64,000 nucleotides of DNA from a virus, in the IMG/VR virus record IMGVR_UViG_3300021088_000001, positions 1 through 64,000 of that record; one strand, given 5' to 3'. This document shows positions 16,464 through 27,069 of this stretch, one piece after another. Below the pieces are notes generated by a model. That model ran no database searches. It saw only the letters and a list, made by a program, of their open reading frames with translations, and was not told the origin of the DNA. Both the position numbers and the translations under genes were made by a program. The stretch's first letter is position 1, and every line of letters starts with the position of its first letter.

Positions 16464-17008
16464 TTGTTGATGAGTTAATTCTCTATGTGAGGCAGGAGGC
16501 GTATTATAACTCTATTCCTCACAAATGTAAAATAACTCGTGCGGAGCAAATAGAGCGCCTGAATAATGGATTAGAAGAAACAATAGAAAAAAAGAGCGAC
16601 GACGACTTCGAGGAAGAAATCAATGCTCCAAAAGTTACAATACTAGAGAGACAAGAAATTCCTATGCCAGAGATCACTTCAGGCGCGGAATATCTTGTCT
16701 CTCTTTTACATTCTGCTGGACAGGCTAAGCCTACAGGAATGGGACTTGTTGGACTTGATTGGACAGATATTAAAGCTTGGGCAGATTGCTGTGATCTATG
16801 GGATACAGTTACGCCAAGAGATTTACAAACGGTATTCACATTGAGCAGAGCTTATGCAAATGAATGCACAGCAGCTACTCAAGAGGGAGCAAAACCTCCT
16901 TATTCACCACCAATTGAAAAAGAACAGCTTGAAGAAATGCGCGATGTTGTGAGTGACAGCATTGATGATATTTTTGCAGGTATGATTGCAGCACAACCTA
17001 CTAAATAA
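16445..17008 (+). CDS. tail assembly chaperone extension (gpT-like), probably reached by -1 frameshift
   Basis: -1 frame is open from 16445, overlapping the end of the upstream ORF at G CTT TTC; no good RBS before GTG 16487. Confidence 0.6.
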   Translation, partial: RAFHRLVVDELILYVRQEAYYNSIPHKCKITRAEQIERLNNGLEETIEKKSDDDFEEEINAPKVTILERQEIPMPEITSGAEYLVSLLHSAGQAKPTGMGLVGLDWTDIKAWADCCDLWDTVTPRDLQTVFTLSRAYANECTAATQEGAKPPYSPPIEKEQLEEMRDVVSDSIDDIFAGMIAAQPTK

Positions 17009-17019
17009 TAGGAAATAAA

Positions 17020-17742
17020 ATGGCTAGGCGTGGAAATTTGCAAGTTTGGATTGAAAAGTCTATCACAGTACACGGAAAGAAATATGATTACAGCAAGTCT
17101 GTGTATGCCAGAGCAAAATCTCCTATATTAATAGGTTGTCCATTACATGGAGATTTCTTTCAGACCCCTCAAGATCATGCAAGTGGTTCTGAATGTAGTA
17201 TTTGTGCTTACTCTAAAAGAGGCGGAAGAAAAATAAACACAACTGAGTGGTTTATTTCTGAAGCTACAAAGATCCATGGGAATAAATACGAATATAACTC
17301 ATCTGTATACCTAGGAGATAAAATACCAGTAAAGGTTATCTGCAACTTACATGGAGAGTTTCTAATTAGACCTTGTAGCCATTTAAGAGGGTTTTCTGGG
17401 TGTGGAGGCTGCGAGAAGTGCGGATACAAGAAAGAGAAACCAGCGACATTCTATGTACTTGAGTCTGGTAATATTGTAAAAGTTGGAATTACTAACAGAT
17501 TGCTACCAAAACGTCTCTGGCAAATAAATAGAAGCAGCAAACTTGATTTTGCAGTTATATCATCTATCACATGTGAAGATGGTAATAAGATATTTGAGTT
17601 AGAAAAGAGGGTACTTAAGAAGTTAAGAGCAACTCATGATAACCCCATAAATAGATTTGACGGCCATACAGAGTGTTTTGTAGATGTAAATTTAACTGAG
17701 CTAGAAATATTAATCACAGAGATATATAAGGAGCTTACATGA
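17020..17742 (+). CDS. free-standing homing endonuclease-like protein (two zinc-binding DUF723-like repeats plus a GIY-YIG-like C-terminus)
   Basis: HG.KYDY.K..Y....I.CP.HG.F repeat twice; FYVL...KVGITN; DGHTECF. Confidence 0.8.
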   Translation: MARRGNLQVWIEKSITVHGKKYDYSKSVYARAKSPILIGCPLHGDFFQTPQDHASGSECSICAYSKRGGRKINTTEWFISEATKIHGNKYEYNSSVYLGDKIPVKVICNLHGEFLIRPCSHLRGFSGCGGCEKCGYKKEKPATFYVLESGNIVKVGITNRLLPKRLWQINRSSKLDFAVISSITCEDGNKIFELEKRVLKKLRATHDNPINRFDGHTECFVDVNLTELEILITEIYKELT

Positions 17743-20700
17743 GCGAGGACATCTCAACGCTGATAATGCGCGTAATAAGTGATGGCATTAAGGATGGAAC
17801 TAGCCAACTTAATGATCTCACTAAGGCTGCTGCATTGGCTGAAGGGGCTGCTAATAAGCTGGCCTCTACAACTATTTCTGCTGGAGCTGCTACCAAGGGT
17901 GCCACTGCTGCTCAAACATCTGCTACAGCGGCTGTACAAGCTTCTACAGAGGTATTACGACAGCAGGCTATTCAGCAGGCGAGGGATATAGAACTCCATA
18001 ATCTCGCCGGGAAAGCCTATGCAGCAGAAGCTGCTGAAGCTTATAAAATGAACGCGGCTATTGACGCTGCCGCTAAAGGGCATACCTCTCTGGCTGGAGT
18101 CACTAGAGAAGTGATGGTATCTGTGCATGAAATTGCTATAGGGTCATTTAAACGGCTAGGTGGCACTTTAATGGTGCTTGCTAATCAGTTTGGGCTTTTG
18201 GGCGCTGCAGTAGCAACATTCGGAGTAGTCACAATAGGTGCATTCGTGGCAATAGCTGCAGCAATCGGCTTATTTGCTTTTGCAGCATACAAAGGTTATT
18301 CTGAATTAAAAACATTCAATGACCACTTGGCCCTCACTGGAAATTATGCAGGAGTCACTGCCAGCGGAATTGCTGAAATGGCTAAAACTATTTCCTTGCG
18401 TACTGGAGAGTCCACTGTAGATGTGCGTAAGATGGGCATGGCAATGGCTGAAACTGGTGTGTTCACTGAGTCCAGTATCAAAGTCGGTATGGGGGCTCTA
18501 ACTACATATGCAAGACTCTCTGGCAAAACAGAGGAAGAAGTAGTGGCACATTTTGCTGGCATGAAAGATGGCGTCGCTAAGTGGATGATGGAGGAGGAGA
18601 AAACTGTTCCTGCTTTCACTGCTACCACTCTTGCTAAAGTAATGGATCTTGAGAAACTTGGCGAACATGCTAAGGCTGTAGAGTTAGCTATGACTGAGAT
18701 GGGCGATTTTGTAGAGAAGAACAAACCTAAACTAAATGCTTTTGGAGAAGCTGTAAAATTTGTCGCCGATATGTTTAAAGATTTGTGGCAAGGTATGAAA
18801 GACCTCACAAATGATGACTCTTTAGAAAAACAACTTGATAGAGCTAAAAAGCTTGCAGATGGATATTATACATTTGGAATAAAGTTTAGTGATGTGTCGA
18901 CTAAATTAGCAAGTGCTGCTAAAGATAGTATCTCGAATATGCAGGATCAGATAGATGGACAGGGCGTGCTAAACGCCTTGATTGCAGATGAAACGGCCCA
19001 TAAAAAAGAGGCACTAGACATAGCTGGCAAAGTACGAACTGCTGAAGATAAGAGAAACCTAGATCTAGAAACCAGAGTTGATTTGATGAAGCGGATAAAT
19101 ACAGAGCTGGATAAAGAGGACACTGGAGCACTAACAGCCTTTCAGAAACAAGAGTACCTTAGAGAGCAACTCAAGCGATACGATGCTGCTCACAAAGTAG
19201 CTAAAGAAAAGGGAATGGACGATTCTAAGGCTCTCCGCGATATAGAACTTGAGCGCAATAAGCAATACTTTGCAGAAATTGCCCGTCAAGAGGATATGGA
19301 TATTGCTCACTCCCTTTCTGTCGCAAACAAACAGCATGGCGACCAAGAGTACGAACTCACACAACGTGAAGCATTGTACGATAAGCGCATTGAAGATTTA
19401 AAAACAATGCACGATAAAGAGAAAGCTATCACTGATGCCTATGCTAATGAGAAACACACTCCTGTAGAACTTGCTCAGAATGCCCTTAAGGCTGAGCGTG
19501 AACTTAGCATATTCCAAGCTGCAAATGACGCTGTGGAGGCTCGTAGACAAGCTGATGAAGACTCTGTGGCTGCTAAAGAAACTCAGAGGCATGACCAAGC
19601 CATGAAGCACATTGAGTCTACCACTGGAGCTGAGCAGAAGAAACTTGAAGAAGAACTTAAGAATGACAAGCTCAAGGAACAAAGTATTGGGCAACTCAAG
19701 AGTGTGCAATTAGCTGCTCGTCAAGAGATGGAAATTACTCAGAACAAAGACTTAGCATTTAGAATAGAGATTGCAAAATTTGCGCAAGAAGAGGCAATTT
19801 TGAATGGTAAGTTATCTCAAAATGAGATATCTGAAACCAATACACAAATTGCAGCTATGCAGAAGCTACTAGGAGTGCGTGAAGAAATTATCACATCTCT
19901 TGGTAAGCAGGTAGGACTTGAACAAGGTGTAGAGGCTTCTGCACGGATGACCAAAGATATTGACGATGCTCTCGCTAATGCTAAGCGTTTTGAAAAAGGA
20001 ATGACTGCTGCATTTGGAAGTGTTGGCAAAGCAATTGGTGCAATGTCAGTTGCATTCCAGCAGCTTGCTAAAGATCAGGATATTGCACATCAGCAGTTCT
20101 TGAAAGCTTCTAAGGAAGATATTGCGTCTGGCAAAGCTAAGGCCGATTTACAAGCTGCAACAGCAGATGCACAAATCACTGGATATGCTAATATCGCTCA
20201 AGCGGCTCAAGGAATGTTCGATAGTAACTCTAAGGGTTACGCTGCAATGGGTGCAATCTCTAAAGTGTTCCATATAGCTGAGGCTATTATGAACGCTGAG
20301 AGAATGATTCAATTGGGTATTACTGCTGTCTTGAATCAAGGCCAAGGTGATCCATATTCTGCATTTGCACGTATGGCTGCAATGGCTGCAATTGTTGCAG
20401 GGCTAGGAGTTGCAATAGGTGGTGCTGGAGGTGGTGGCAATGCTCCAGACTCACATGCTGCAGCACAAGTTCAAGCAGCTCAAGGAACTGGTACAGTATT
20501 TGGAGACACTACAGCTAAATCTAACTCTATCGCCGACTCTCTGAAATTATTGCAAGCTAATTCAAACCTGATGTTGCCATTGACTCAAAGCATGACTGGC
20601 TCATTGAAGAATATTGAGACATCAATGACAGGGCTGACTAATTTGATTATCAGAACTGCGGGTATTGCTAGTGGTACTAACATGGGTATTGAAACTGGCA

Positions 20701-22976
20701 AGAAGTCTAATCTCACCGGAGCACTTGGAAAGTTATTGAATCTGACACCACTTCAAGATCCTCTAATGAGAATGTTATTTGGGTCTTCAACAACGTCGAT
20801 TACTGACTCTGGCATTCAATTCGGTGGTTCATTAGCTAACTTGCAGCAAGGTAAGGGTTATCAACAATACGCTAACGTGAACACACAGTCGTCTTCATTA
20901 TTTGGCCTTGTCCATAGTAGCTCTGACAGCACTCAAACTGCAGCACTAAGTGCAGAAGTATCAAATCAGTTTGGATTAATATTCAAGAACTTGCAGACTA
21001 CATTAGTCTCTGTTGCCGCAGGACTTGGAAAGAACGCGACTGATGTTTCTAATACTCTTAACAACTTGGTCATTAGCACACAGACAGCATCACTGAATGG
21101 ACTGAAAGGCCCAGAGCTGCAGACGGCAATTAACAATGTTATCTCTGCTACGATGGATACGATTGCACAAGCTGCATTCCCATCTATGGGAGCTTTCCAG
21201 CAAGTTGGTGAAGGCTATGCACAAACTGTATTGCGTGTGGCCTCTGATACAGAGATAGCCACTACCGCATTAAAGACCCTCGGAATCACTGCCATTAACT
21301 TCAATGACATTGTGAATAAATCAGGAGATGTGGCACTTCAGATTGAACAGCAGAGTATTGCATTGAAAGAGGGCACAACTGGAGTAAATGAGATTGTGCA
21401 AGCTTTCACTGGAACTGCTGCAGATTTGATTACTCAGTATCAGCAATTAGTGGCTGCAAGACAAGCCATGCAAAATATGGGGCTTGGTGGAGGACTCAAT
21501 GCTGCCACAGTTCAGGGTGCTGGAGGATTAGCAAACTTAACCACAGCATTAACTGACTATCAGTCTAAATACTTCACAACTGCTGAGCAATTGCAATCTG
21601 AGACAAATGATGTGAGTAAGCAGTTTGCCGATCTAGGTAAGCAACTTCCAACAAGTCGTGACCAATTGAGAAGCTGGATTGAAGCTGCTGAGAAGATTGG
21701 CGATCAAAAGATGGTTGGGCAATTACTTGCCCTGACAGGTAACTTTGATAAATTGTTTACAGCGATGGGTAGTGTCAATGGTCTTACCTCTGAAGTAGCT
21801 ATAGCATTCCAGAAGCTTAAGGATGTTGTAGCTGCACAGAAGTCCACCATTGAGGCTAACTTTTCGACAGCTTCTACAGCGCTCAGCACACAACATGCTA
21901 TAGCAATGGGAAGCATCGCTCAAAGTGCTACTGCTGAAATGACGGCTCTTGATCAAACAAGAGAAGCCAGAACAGCAGCTATGATGGAGTACATGGCACA
22001 AGAGCAGCAGAAGTTAGCTATTGTCACTGCTAATGTAGCTGCTGAGACTTTAGCTGTGTCTGGACTCCAATCCATCTTAGGATCTTTGAACACTGCAATC
22101 ACTGCTACTACAACTTTGACACAATCTCAACTGAGAGAGAATGCGCAGTCAACTCTGCAAACAGCTACAACATCCGCAGATATTGCCAATGTACCGGGTC
22201 TTGCCGATGCTATCAAGGAAATCCAGAAGCCGTCTGAGAATCTGTATAAGACTTTTGCAGAATACCAGCATAGTCAAGCCGAGGCGTCTAGCGCATTACA
22301 GACCATAAAGGACAAAGGTGCTGTACAATTGACAGCTCTGCAACAGCAACTTGCTGCAGACACAGCCACTAAAGATGCCATTACTGCAGAATCTGCAGCA
22401 CTCCAAACATCTTTGTTGAATGTATCTGCATCTGATAAAGCTGCTGTAGCTGCTCAAACAGCTATTCAACAAGCTGCTGAGAATGATAGATTTAACACTG
22501 CCCAGAGCGCATTGCAGACACAACACGATGCACAAATAGCAGTATTAGATCAGCAGCTTAACATTGCACAGATGGAAGTTAATGCGATAGGTCAAGTTAA
22601 CAGCTCAGTAGTATCTTTAGGGGCTGCTATGCTAACATTCAGAAGTGCTGTTGGTAACACCCCAAGTGCTCCAGATATGATGAATTTGAATATTCCTCAT
22701 TATGATGTTGGAACACCATTTGTCACTGCTGATACTGTAGCAATGGTGCATAAGGGTGAACGTATTATTCCAGCTTCAGATAACATTGAGATAACTCGCA
22801 GGCTGAAGTCTTCTGGTGAGGCTGCTAATGATCCAGAGTTGATGGCTAAAGTACAAGAGTTAATTGAAGTTATGCAAATTGGAGATGCCGCTAATGTAAG
22901 AAAATCTAACGATATGTATCGAATTGTTAGGCAATGGGAAAATAATGGCATGCCTCCAACAAGAGCTGTATTGTAA
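17739..22976 (+). CDS. tail tape measure protein
   Basis: 1745 aa, Ala-rich and helical; C-terminal YDVGT..V..D..AMVHKGERIIPA. Confidence 0.93.
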   Translation: MSEDISTLIMRVISDGIKDGTSQLNDLTKAAALAEGAANKLASTTISAGAATKGATAAQTSATAAVQASTEVLRQQAIQQARDIELHNLAGKAYAAEAAEAYKMNAAIDAAAKGHTSLAGVTREVMVSVHEIAIGSFKRLGGTLMVLANQFGLLGAAVATFGVVTIGAFVAIAAAIGLFAFAAYKGYSELKTFNDHLALTGNYAGVTASGIAEMAKTISLRTGESTVDVRKMGMAMAETGVFTESSIKVGMGALTTYARLSGKTEEEVVAHFAGMKDGVAKWMMEEEKTVPAFTATTLAKVMDLEKLGEHAKAVELAMTEMGDFVEKNKPKLNAFGEAVKFVADMFKDLWQGMKDLTNDDSLEKQLDRAKKLADGYYTFGIKFSDVSTKLASAAKDSISNMQDQIDGQGVLNALIADETAHKKEALDIAGKVRTAEDKRNLDLETRVDLMKRINTELDKEDTGALTAFQKQEYLREQLKRYDAAHKVAKEKGMDDSKALRDIELERNKQYFAEIARQEDMDIAHSLSVANKQHGDQEYELTQREALYDKRIEDLKTMHDKEKAITDAYANEKHTPVELAQNALKAERELSIFQAANDAVEARRQADEDSVAAKETQRHDQAMKHIESTTGAEQKKLEEELKNDKLKEQSIGQLKSVQLAARQEMEITQNKDLAFRIEIAKFAQEEAILNGKLSQNEISETNTQIAAMQKLLGVREEIITSLGKQVGLEQGVEASARMTKDIDDALANAKRFEKGMTAAFGSVGKAIGAMSVAFQQLAKDQDIAHQQFLKASKEDIASGKAKADLQAATADAQITGYANIAQAAQGMFDSNSKGYAAMGAISKVFHIAEAIMNAERMIQLGITAVLNQGQGDPYSAFARMAAMAAIVAGLGVAIGGAGGGGNAPDSHAAAQVQAAQGTGTVFGDTTAKSNSIADSLKLLQANSNLMLPLTQSMTGSLKNIETSMTGLTNLIIRTAGIASGTNMGIETGKKSNLTGALGKLLNLTPLQDPLMRMLFGSSTTSITDSGIQFGGSLANLQQGKGYQQYANVNTQSSSLFGLVHSSSDSTQTAALSAEVSNQFGLIFKNLQTTLVSVAAGLGKNATDVSNTLNNLVISTQTASLNGLKGPELQTAINNVISATMDTIAQAAFPSMGAFQQVGEGYAQTVLRVASDTEIATTALKTLGITAINFNDIVNKSGDVALQIEQQSIALKEGTTGVNEIVQAFTGTAADLITQYQQLVAARQAMQNMGLGGGLNAATVQGAGGLANLTTALTDYQSKYFTTAEQLQSETNDVSKQFADLGKQLPTSRDQLRSWIEAAEKIGDQKMVGQLLALTGNFDKLFTAMGSVNGLTSEVAIAFQKLKDVVAAQKSTIEANFSTASTALSTQHAIAMGSIAQSATAEMTALDQTREARTAAMMEYMAQEQQKLAIVTANVAAETLAVSGLQSILGSLNTAITATTTLTQSQLRENAQSTLQTATTSADIANVPGLADAIKEIQKPSENLYKTFAEYQHSQAEASSALQTIKDKGAVQLTALQQQLAADTATKDAITAESAALQTSLLNVSASDKAAVAAQTAIQQAAENDRFNTAQSALQTQHDAQIAVLDQQLNIAQMEVNAIGQVNSSVVSLGAAMLTFRSAVGNTPSAPDMMNLNIPHYDVGTPFVTADTVAMVHKGERIIPASDNIEITRRLKSSGEAANDPELMAKVQELIEVMQIGDAANVRKSNDMYRIVRQWENNGMPPTRAVL

Positions 22977-22982
22977 TAAAGC

Positions 22983-23009
22983 AAGCCCCACTCTCAGAGT
23001 GGGGCTTTT
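22983..23009 (+). terminator. intrinsic terminator
   Basis: AAGCCCCACTC/GAGTGGGGCTTTT. Confidence 0.85.
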
Positions 23010-23012
23010 CTA

Positions 23013-23041
23013 TTGACAGGATATGATATGTATGATATAAT
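23013..23041 (+). promoter_or_regulatory. consensus sigma70 promoter
   Basis: TTGACA-17-TATAAT. Confidence 0.85.
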
Positions 23042-23078
23042 TACCATTAGACGACATCATTTATAAAAAGGAAATAAA

Positions 23079-24722
23079 ATGCGAATAATTCGTCCTATTG
23101 ATGTCATTGATACGGGTTCATTTACACGAGCATCAGCAGCAAGGTATTTCGACAGTCTTGGTGTTATACAATCAGCAACAACAGATACACCTAGGTTTGG
23201 GTACAATCCTGCGAATCTTGCCGCTGGCCCGACACTACTACAAGAAGCTGCAGCTACGAATCTTCTGCTACGCAGTCAAACATTTGATAATGCTGCTTGG
23301 GCTAAGACTCATGCAACAGCTACAGCAGCATCTACATCAGCTCCAGATGGTACAACCACTGGAGAATTATTAGCTGAAGACAACACAACTAATGTGCACA
23401 CAGTTGATCAAGCTGCAGGAAGTCAAGCGGCTGGAACATACACTTTCAGCTTTTATGCTAAGGCAAGCACAAGAAGTCAGATTTTAGCGCAACAAACAGC
23501 CACCACTACATACGGTGGAGTGTTTGATCTGGTGGCATTAACTTTCACACCAACTGCTGGCGGCGCTACTGGAACTCTAACAGCTATTGCTGTCACAGGG
23601 TGGTATTTATGTGCAATGACATTTACTACTGTCGCTACCATCACTCTAGATATGTCCCTCGGGCTGTACAATGGTGCAGCTTCTTACGCAGGCGACGGAG
23701 TTAGTGGCCTATATATTTGGGGCAGTCAACTAGAAACAGGAAGTGTTGCCACAAGTTATATTGTAACCACCTCTGCCACAGTGGCTAGAGCTGCAGATGT
23801 GAACACAGAGATGTTTGTCTCTAATGTACCAGAGACTGATTATGCTTTGTATAATGCAGGAACAACTTATGCGTTAGGGGATTTCGTTCTTTCTCTGACA
23901 GCGCCAACAGCACATAACATTTACCAATCTGCTGCAGCGAGTAACACTGGTAATGCCCTTACAAACACAGCTAAGTGGACGTTAGTAAGTTCTGATAATA
24001 GATGGAAGTTATTTGACAATGTTGTATCGAATCAAAGCACACAAGCTACCAGTATCTGTGCTGCTATAACTCCAGTGAACTCTGTCCTAGAGAGATTTGA
24101 TTCTGTTGCAGGATTCAATTGCTCTGCTACCTCAGTCACTGTGAACATGGTTGACCCTACATACGGTAATGTTTATAGCAATACAGTGTCAATGGTGTCT
24201 ACTTCAGGTATCACGGATTGGTTTGCATATTATTTCGAACCTATTGTATTCTTAGTGGACTTTGTTGTAGAAGATATGCCAATCACTTATCCACATTCAA
24301 CAGTCACTGTGTGCTTCTCTGCACCATCTGGAACAGCAGAGTGTGGAGAGTTAGTACTCGGACTGTCTAAAGAGTTAGGATTCACAGAATACGGATCTAC
24401 TTTCAGTATAACAGACTATAGTGTAAAAACACAAGATGTGTTTGGAAATTACAATATTGTTCCAAGAAGCTTTAGTAAGCGCGCTGAGTTTTATATTCAA
24501 GTGCCTAACACTTCTGTAGACTTCTTCCAGAATCTGCTTGCTACATACAGGAACACTCCAGTTGTGTATGTTGGATCTAACTCAACTGACAGCATCGCTG
24601 GAAGCAGCACTCCCCAACAATTCCAAGTGGCAGCTATTTATGGTTTCTGGAAAGACTTCACGACAACAATTGCTTACCCATTATATTCTCAGTGTGACCT
24701 ACAAATTGAAGGACTAAATTAA
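23079..24722 (+). CDS. distal tail/tail-tip protein with an inserted carbohydrate-binding-like domain
   Basis: Directly after TMP; FTRAS.A.Y...ATNLL...WG.QLE.GS.ATSYI insertion; NRWKLFD and ITDYS.K..D.FGN core. Confidence 0.7.
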   Translation: MRIIRPIDVIDTGSFTRASAARYFDSLGVIQSATTDTPRFGYNPANLAAGPTLLQEAAATNLLLRSQTFDNAAWAKTHATATAASTSAPDGTTTGELLAEDNTTNVHTVDQAAGSQAAGTYTFSFYAKASTRSQILAQQTATTTYGGVFDLVALTFTPTAGGATGTLTAIAVTGWYLCAMTFTTVATITLDMSLGLYNGAASYAGDGVSGLYIWGSQLETGSVATSYIVTTSATVARAADVNTEMFVSNVPETDYALYNAGTTYALGDFVLSLTAPTAHNIYQSAAASNTGNALTNTAKWTLVSSDNRWKLFDNVVSNQSTQATSICAAITPVNSVLERFDSVAGFNCSATSVTVNMVDPTYGNVYSNTVSMVSTSGITDWFAYYFEPIVFLVDFVVEDMPITYPHSTVTVCFSAPSGTAECGELVLGLSKELGFTEYGSTFSITDYSVKTQDVFGNYNIVPRSFSKRAEFYIQVPNTSVDFFQNLLATYRNTPVVYVGSNSTDSIAGSSTPQQFQVAAIYGFWKDFTTTIAYPLYSQCDLQIEGLN

Positions 24723-26140
24723 TGACAACTATAACACAGGTTATCGCTGCACTACCAACCGCCCCTAATAGAAGTATGGTGGCTACAGTGTATGTGCCAA
24801 CTGCTGATGCATGGGTAGCTGCGTTACCTACATTTGGCACACAGATGAATACAGTGGCTACCCAGATGAACACAGTGGCAGGGGAGGTTAGCACAAATGC
24901 TACGAATGCTGCAGCAAGTGCCACTGCTGCTGCTACGAGTGCTAGTGCTGCTGCAGCTTCTGCCACTGCTGCTTTGTCTACAGCAAATGCTACAATCTGG
25001 GCTGGAGCTACAGCATACACAGCAGGACAAAATGTAATTAGTCCAATAACCTATGGGACTTACCGCAGGCTAATCAGTGGTACAACTGCTACAGATCCTT
25101 CGGCAGACACTACAAATTGGCTACTAGTTAGTTTACCATCTCCTGCGAGTCATACGAATCAGTTCTTACAGAGCACTGGAACAAGCTATCAATGGGCTTC
25201 TACTATAGGGCTGCCAACTGCACAAGGAAGACTTACACTCACGACGCTTACACCGATCATGGTAGCAGACGCCACTGCACAATCCACAGTATACTACACT
25301 CCATACATTGGAAATGAATTTCAATTATATAATGGTACTGCTTTTGTTAGCACTGTATTTGCAGAGACATCTCTTGCGCTTGACAGTAATGCAGGACATA
25401 CAAACTATCATCAATCTGGTAAGCTGTTTGATTTGTATATGTATAGTGACAGTGGTACAATTAGACTTGGTACAGGCCCTGCTTGGACATCTAGCACAGC
25501 TCGTGGCACTGGCGCAGGAACAACAGAATTGCAGATGCTGCTAGGAATCTGGACTAATAAGAATTCCATTACACTGCGCTTCGGAAGCGTATCAGGTAAT
25601 ACAACTGTTGTTGCGGCCAATCAAGCTACATATGTTGGTACGATGTATGCCACAGCAGACGGACAAACAGGAATGGCATTTAAGCCTGCTGGAGTTAGCA
25701 GTGGTAATAGTTGCTTTCTAGGTTTATACAATTCATATAACAGAGTCAAGACTGTATCAGTCTGCACAGACAGTAGTGCTTGGTCTTATACCACAAATAC
25801 TTGGCGCAGTGCGCACGGAAGCAGCTCAAACAGGATTTCATTTGTAGATGGGCTTGCACAATCTCCTATTGTATCTAAATACGTTACTACTGCCACAGGT
25901 TCAAGTGGCGCAGCTAAAGGGATAGGATTAAATTTTGACAGCACTTCTGCCACTCCTTTATATGTAGGTGGTACTGTCGATTCCAGCGGTTCAGGTCCAT
26001 CAGTATCCGCCGAAGAATTTTTTCAAGCTTCATTAGGATTACATTATATCCAAGCAATGGAAGTTGGTGCCGCTGGAGGCGCATTTGGTACAGTTGCAAA
26101 TATAGCACTTTCAAATATAAGTATCTCCCTAGACATGTAA
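24722..26140 (+). CDS. tail fibre / receptor-binding protein
   Basis: LPT.P.R N-terminus, Ala/Ser/Thr coiled stalk, QGRLTL...P C-terminal beta domain. Confidence 0.75.
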   Translation: MTTITQVIAALPTAPNRSMVATVYVPTADAWVAALPTFGTQMNTVATQMNTVAGEVSTNATNAAASATAAATSASAAAASATAALSTANATIWAGATAYTAGQNVISPITYGTYRRLISGTTATDPSADTTNWLLVSLPSPASHTNQFLQSTGTSYQWASTIGLPTAQGRLTLTTLTPIMVADATAQSTVYYTPYIGNEFQLYNGTAFVSTVFAETSLALDSNAGHTNYHQSGKLFDLYMYSDSGTIRLGTGPAWTSSTARGTGAGTTELQMLLGIWTNKNSITLRFGSVSGNTTVVAANQATYVGTMYATADGQTGMAFKPAGVSSGNSCFLGLYNSYNRVKTVSVCTDSSAWSYTTNTWRSAHGSSSNRISFVDGLAQSPIVSKYVTTATGSSGAAKGIGLNFDSTSATPLYVGGTVDSSGSGPSVSAEEFFQASLGLHYIQAMEVGAAGGAFGTVANIALSNISISLDM

Positions 26141-26173
26141 TAATTTATCAACCCTTAACATAAGGAAAACAAA

Positions 26174-26293
26174 ATGAAGTTAACACTAGACACAGGTGGC
26201 GGTCATATTCCAACAGGGCATGCTCCAGTACTTCCAGTAGAACCTCCAGTAAAACCTCTCAAACCAGAAGATCTGGAAAACACTGAAGACTAA
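26174..26293 (+). CDS. 39-aa Pro-rich peptide (not in the ORF track)
   Basis: RBS TAAGGA; MKLTLDTGGGHIPTGHAPVLPVEPPVKPLKPEDLENTED*; TAA directly abuts the next ATG. Confidence 0.65.
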   Translation: MKLTLDTGGGHIPTGHAPVLPVEPPVKPLKPEDLENTED

Positions 26294-26719
26294 ATGCTTC
26301 TTGCCTACATATTGTTGGCAATAGCACTTGCCCTAACTATATGGGATAGGAATTCTCTGCTGCTCACACTTGCTGTGGGCTGTAGTTATTTCCTCCCTGT
26401 GGAGCTTATCACATCTAGGCCGTTGTGGGTAGCGGCTTGTATTGTATCTGAACTCACTGTGCTTTCTATTGCTTTGTACTTACAGACACAAGCAACTAAA
26501 GCTGTCGGATGCATGTGCGGACTTCTAGTCCTGTGCCATTTACTTGGATGGTATTTTAGTGGATTTGACACTAGTACTTATGCGAGTATTGTGTATCAAA
26601 CGATTGAACCATATCTAGAGTATATGGAGATATTGGCATGTATAGTGTTTTCTAAACCAGTGATTGATAAAATATTTAAGGGGACAAAATGTCTACTGAA
26701 GTTTGGGTTTGGTGTCTAA
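26294..26719 (+). CDS. polytopic membrane protein
   Basis: About 4-5 hydrophobic segments. Confidence 0.7.
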   Translation: MLLAYILLAIALALTIWDRNSLLLTLAVGCSYFLPVELITSRPLWVAACIVSELTVLSIALYLQTQATKAVGCMCGLLVLCHLLGWYFSGFDTSTYASIVYQTIEPYLEYMEILACIVFSKPVIDKIFKGTKCLLKFGFGV

Positions 26720-27045
26720 CAGGAGTAATGTCACTTGTGACAGTTTTAAGCGCCACCATTTGGAAGATGTTACGAGACGAATCTAAGAAGCAAGCAGAAG
26801 CTATTGAAAAGAAAGCCGACCAAGAGAGATTGCACGAAGTAGAGGGCAGATGGAGAGAAGAACTTAACACTGTGCGAGAGAATCATAAAGAACTCCTCGT
26901 GAATCAAGACAGACGACACGAGCGTGATCTAGATCAAATGTCAATTCGCCTCGGGGACCAAATAAGAAATTCTGAATCAAATATTTTGGCACAAATCAAG
27001 CTGATGATAGAAGTCTTGAAGCCATCAAATAAGTTCAATCAATAA
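26689..27045 (+). CDS. single-TM coiled-coil protein (holin/antiholin-like)
   Basis: N-terminal TM plus charged coiled coil, upstream of the endolysin. Confidence 0.55.
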   Translation: MSTEVWVWCLTGVMSLVTVLSATIWKMLRDESKKQAEAIEKKADQERLHEVEGRWREELNTVRENHKELLVNQDRRHERDLDQMSIRLGDQIRNSESNILAQIKLMIEVLKPSNKFNQ

Positions 27046-27069
27046 CAAGCTTGCCCACGGAGAAACAAT

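Noticed and set aside
7136-26114. Many antisense or alternate-frame ORFs within structural genes (e.g. 12245..12928, 18344..18808)
   Set aside because: Shadow ORFs of strongly coding genes; only the Rz1 nested ORF has independent support (lipobox).
23079-26140. Invertible tail-fibre cassette or diversity-generating retroelement
   Set aside because: No inverted fibre fragment, flanking inverted repeats, reverse transcriptase or template/variable repeat pair seen.
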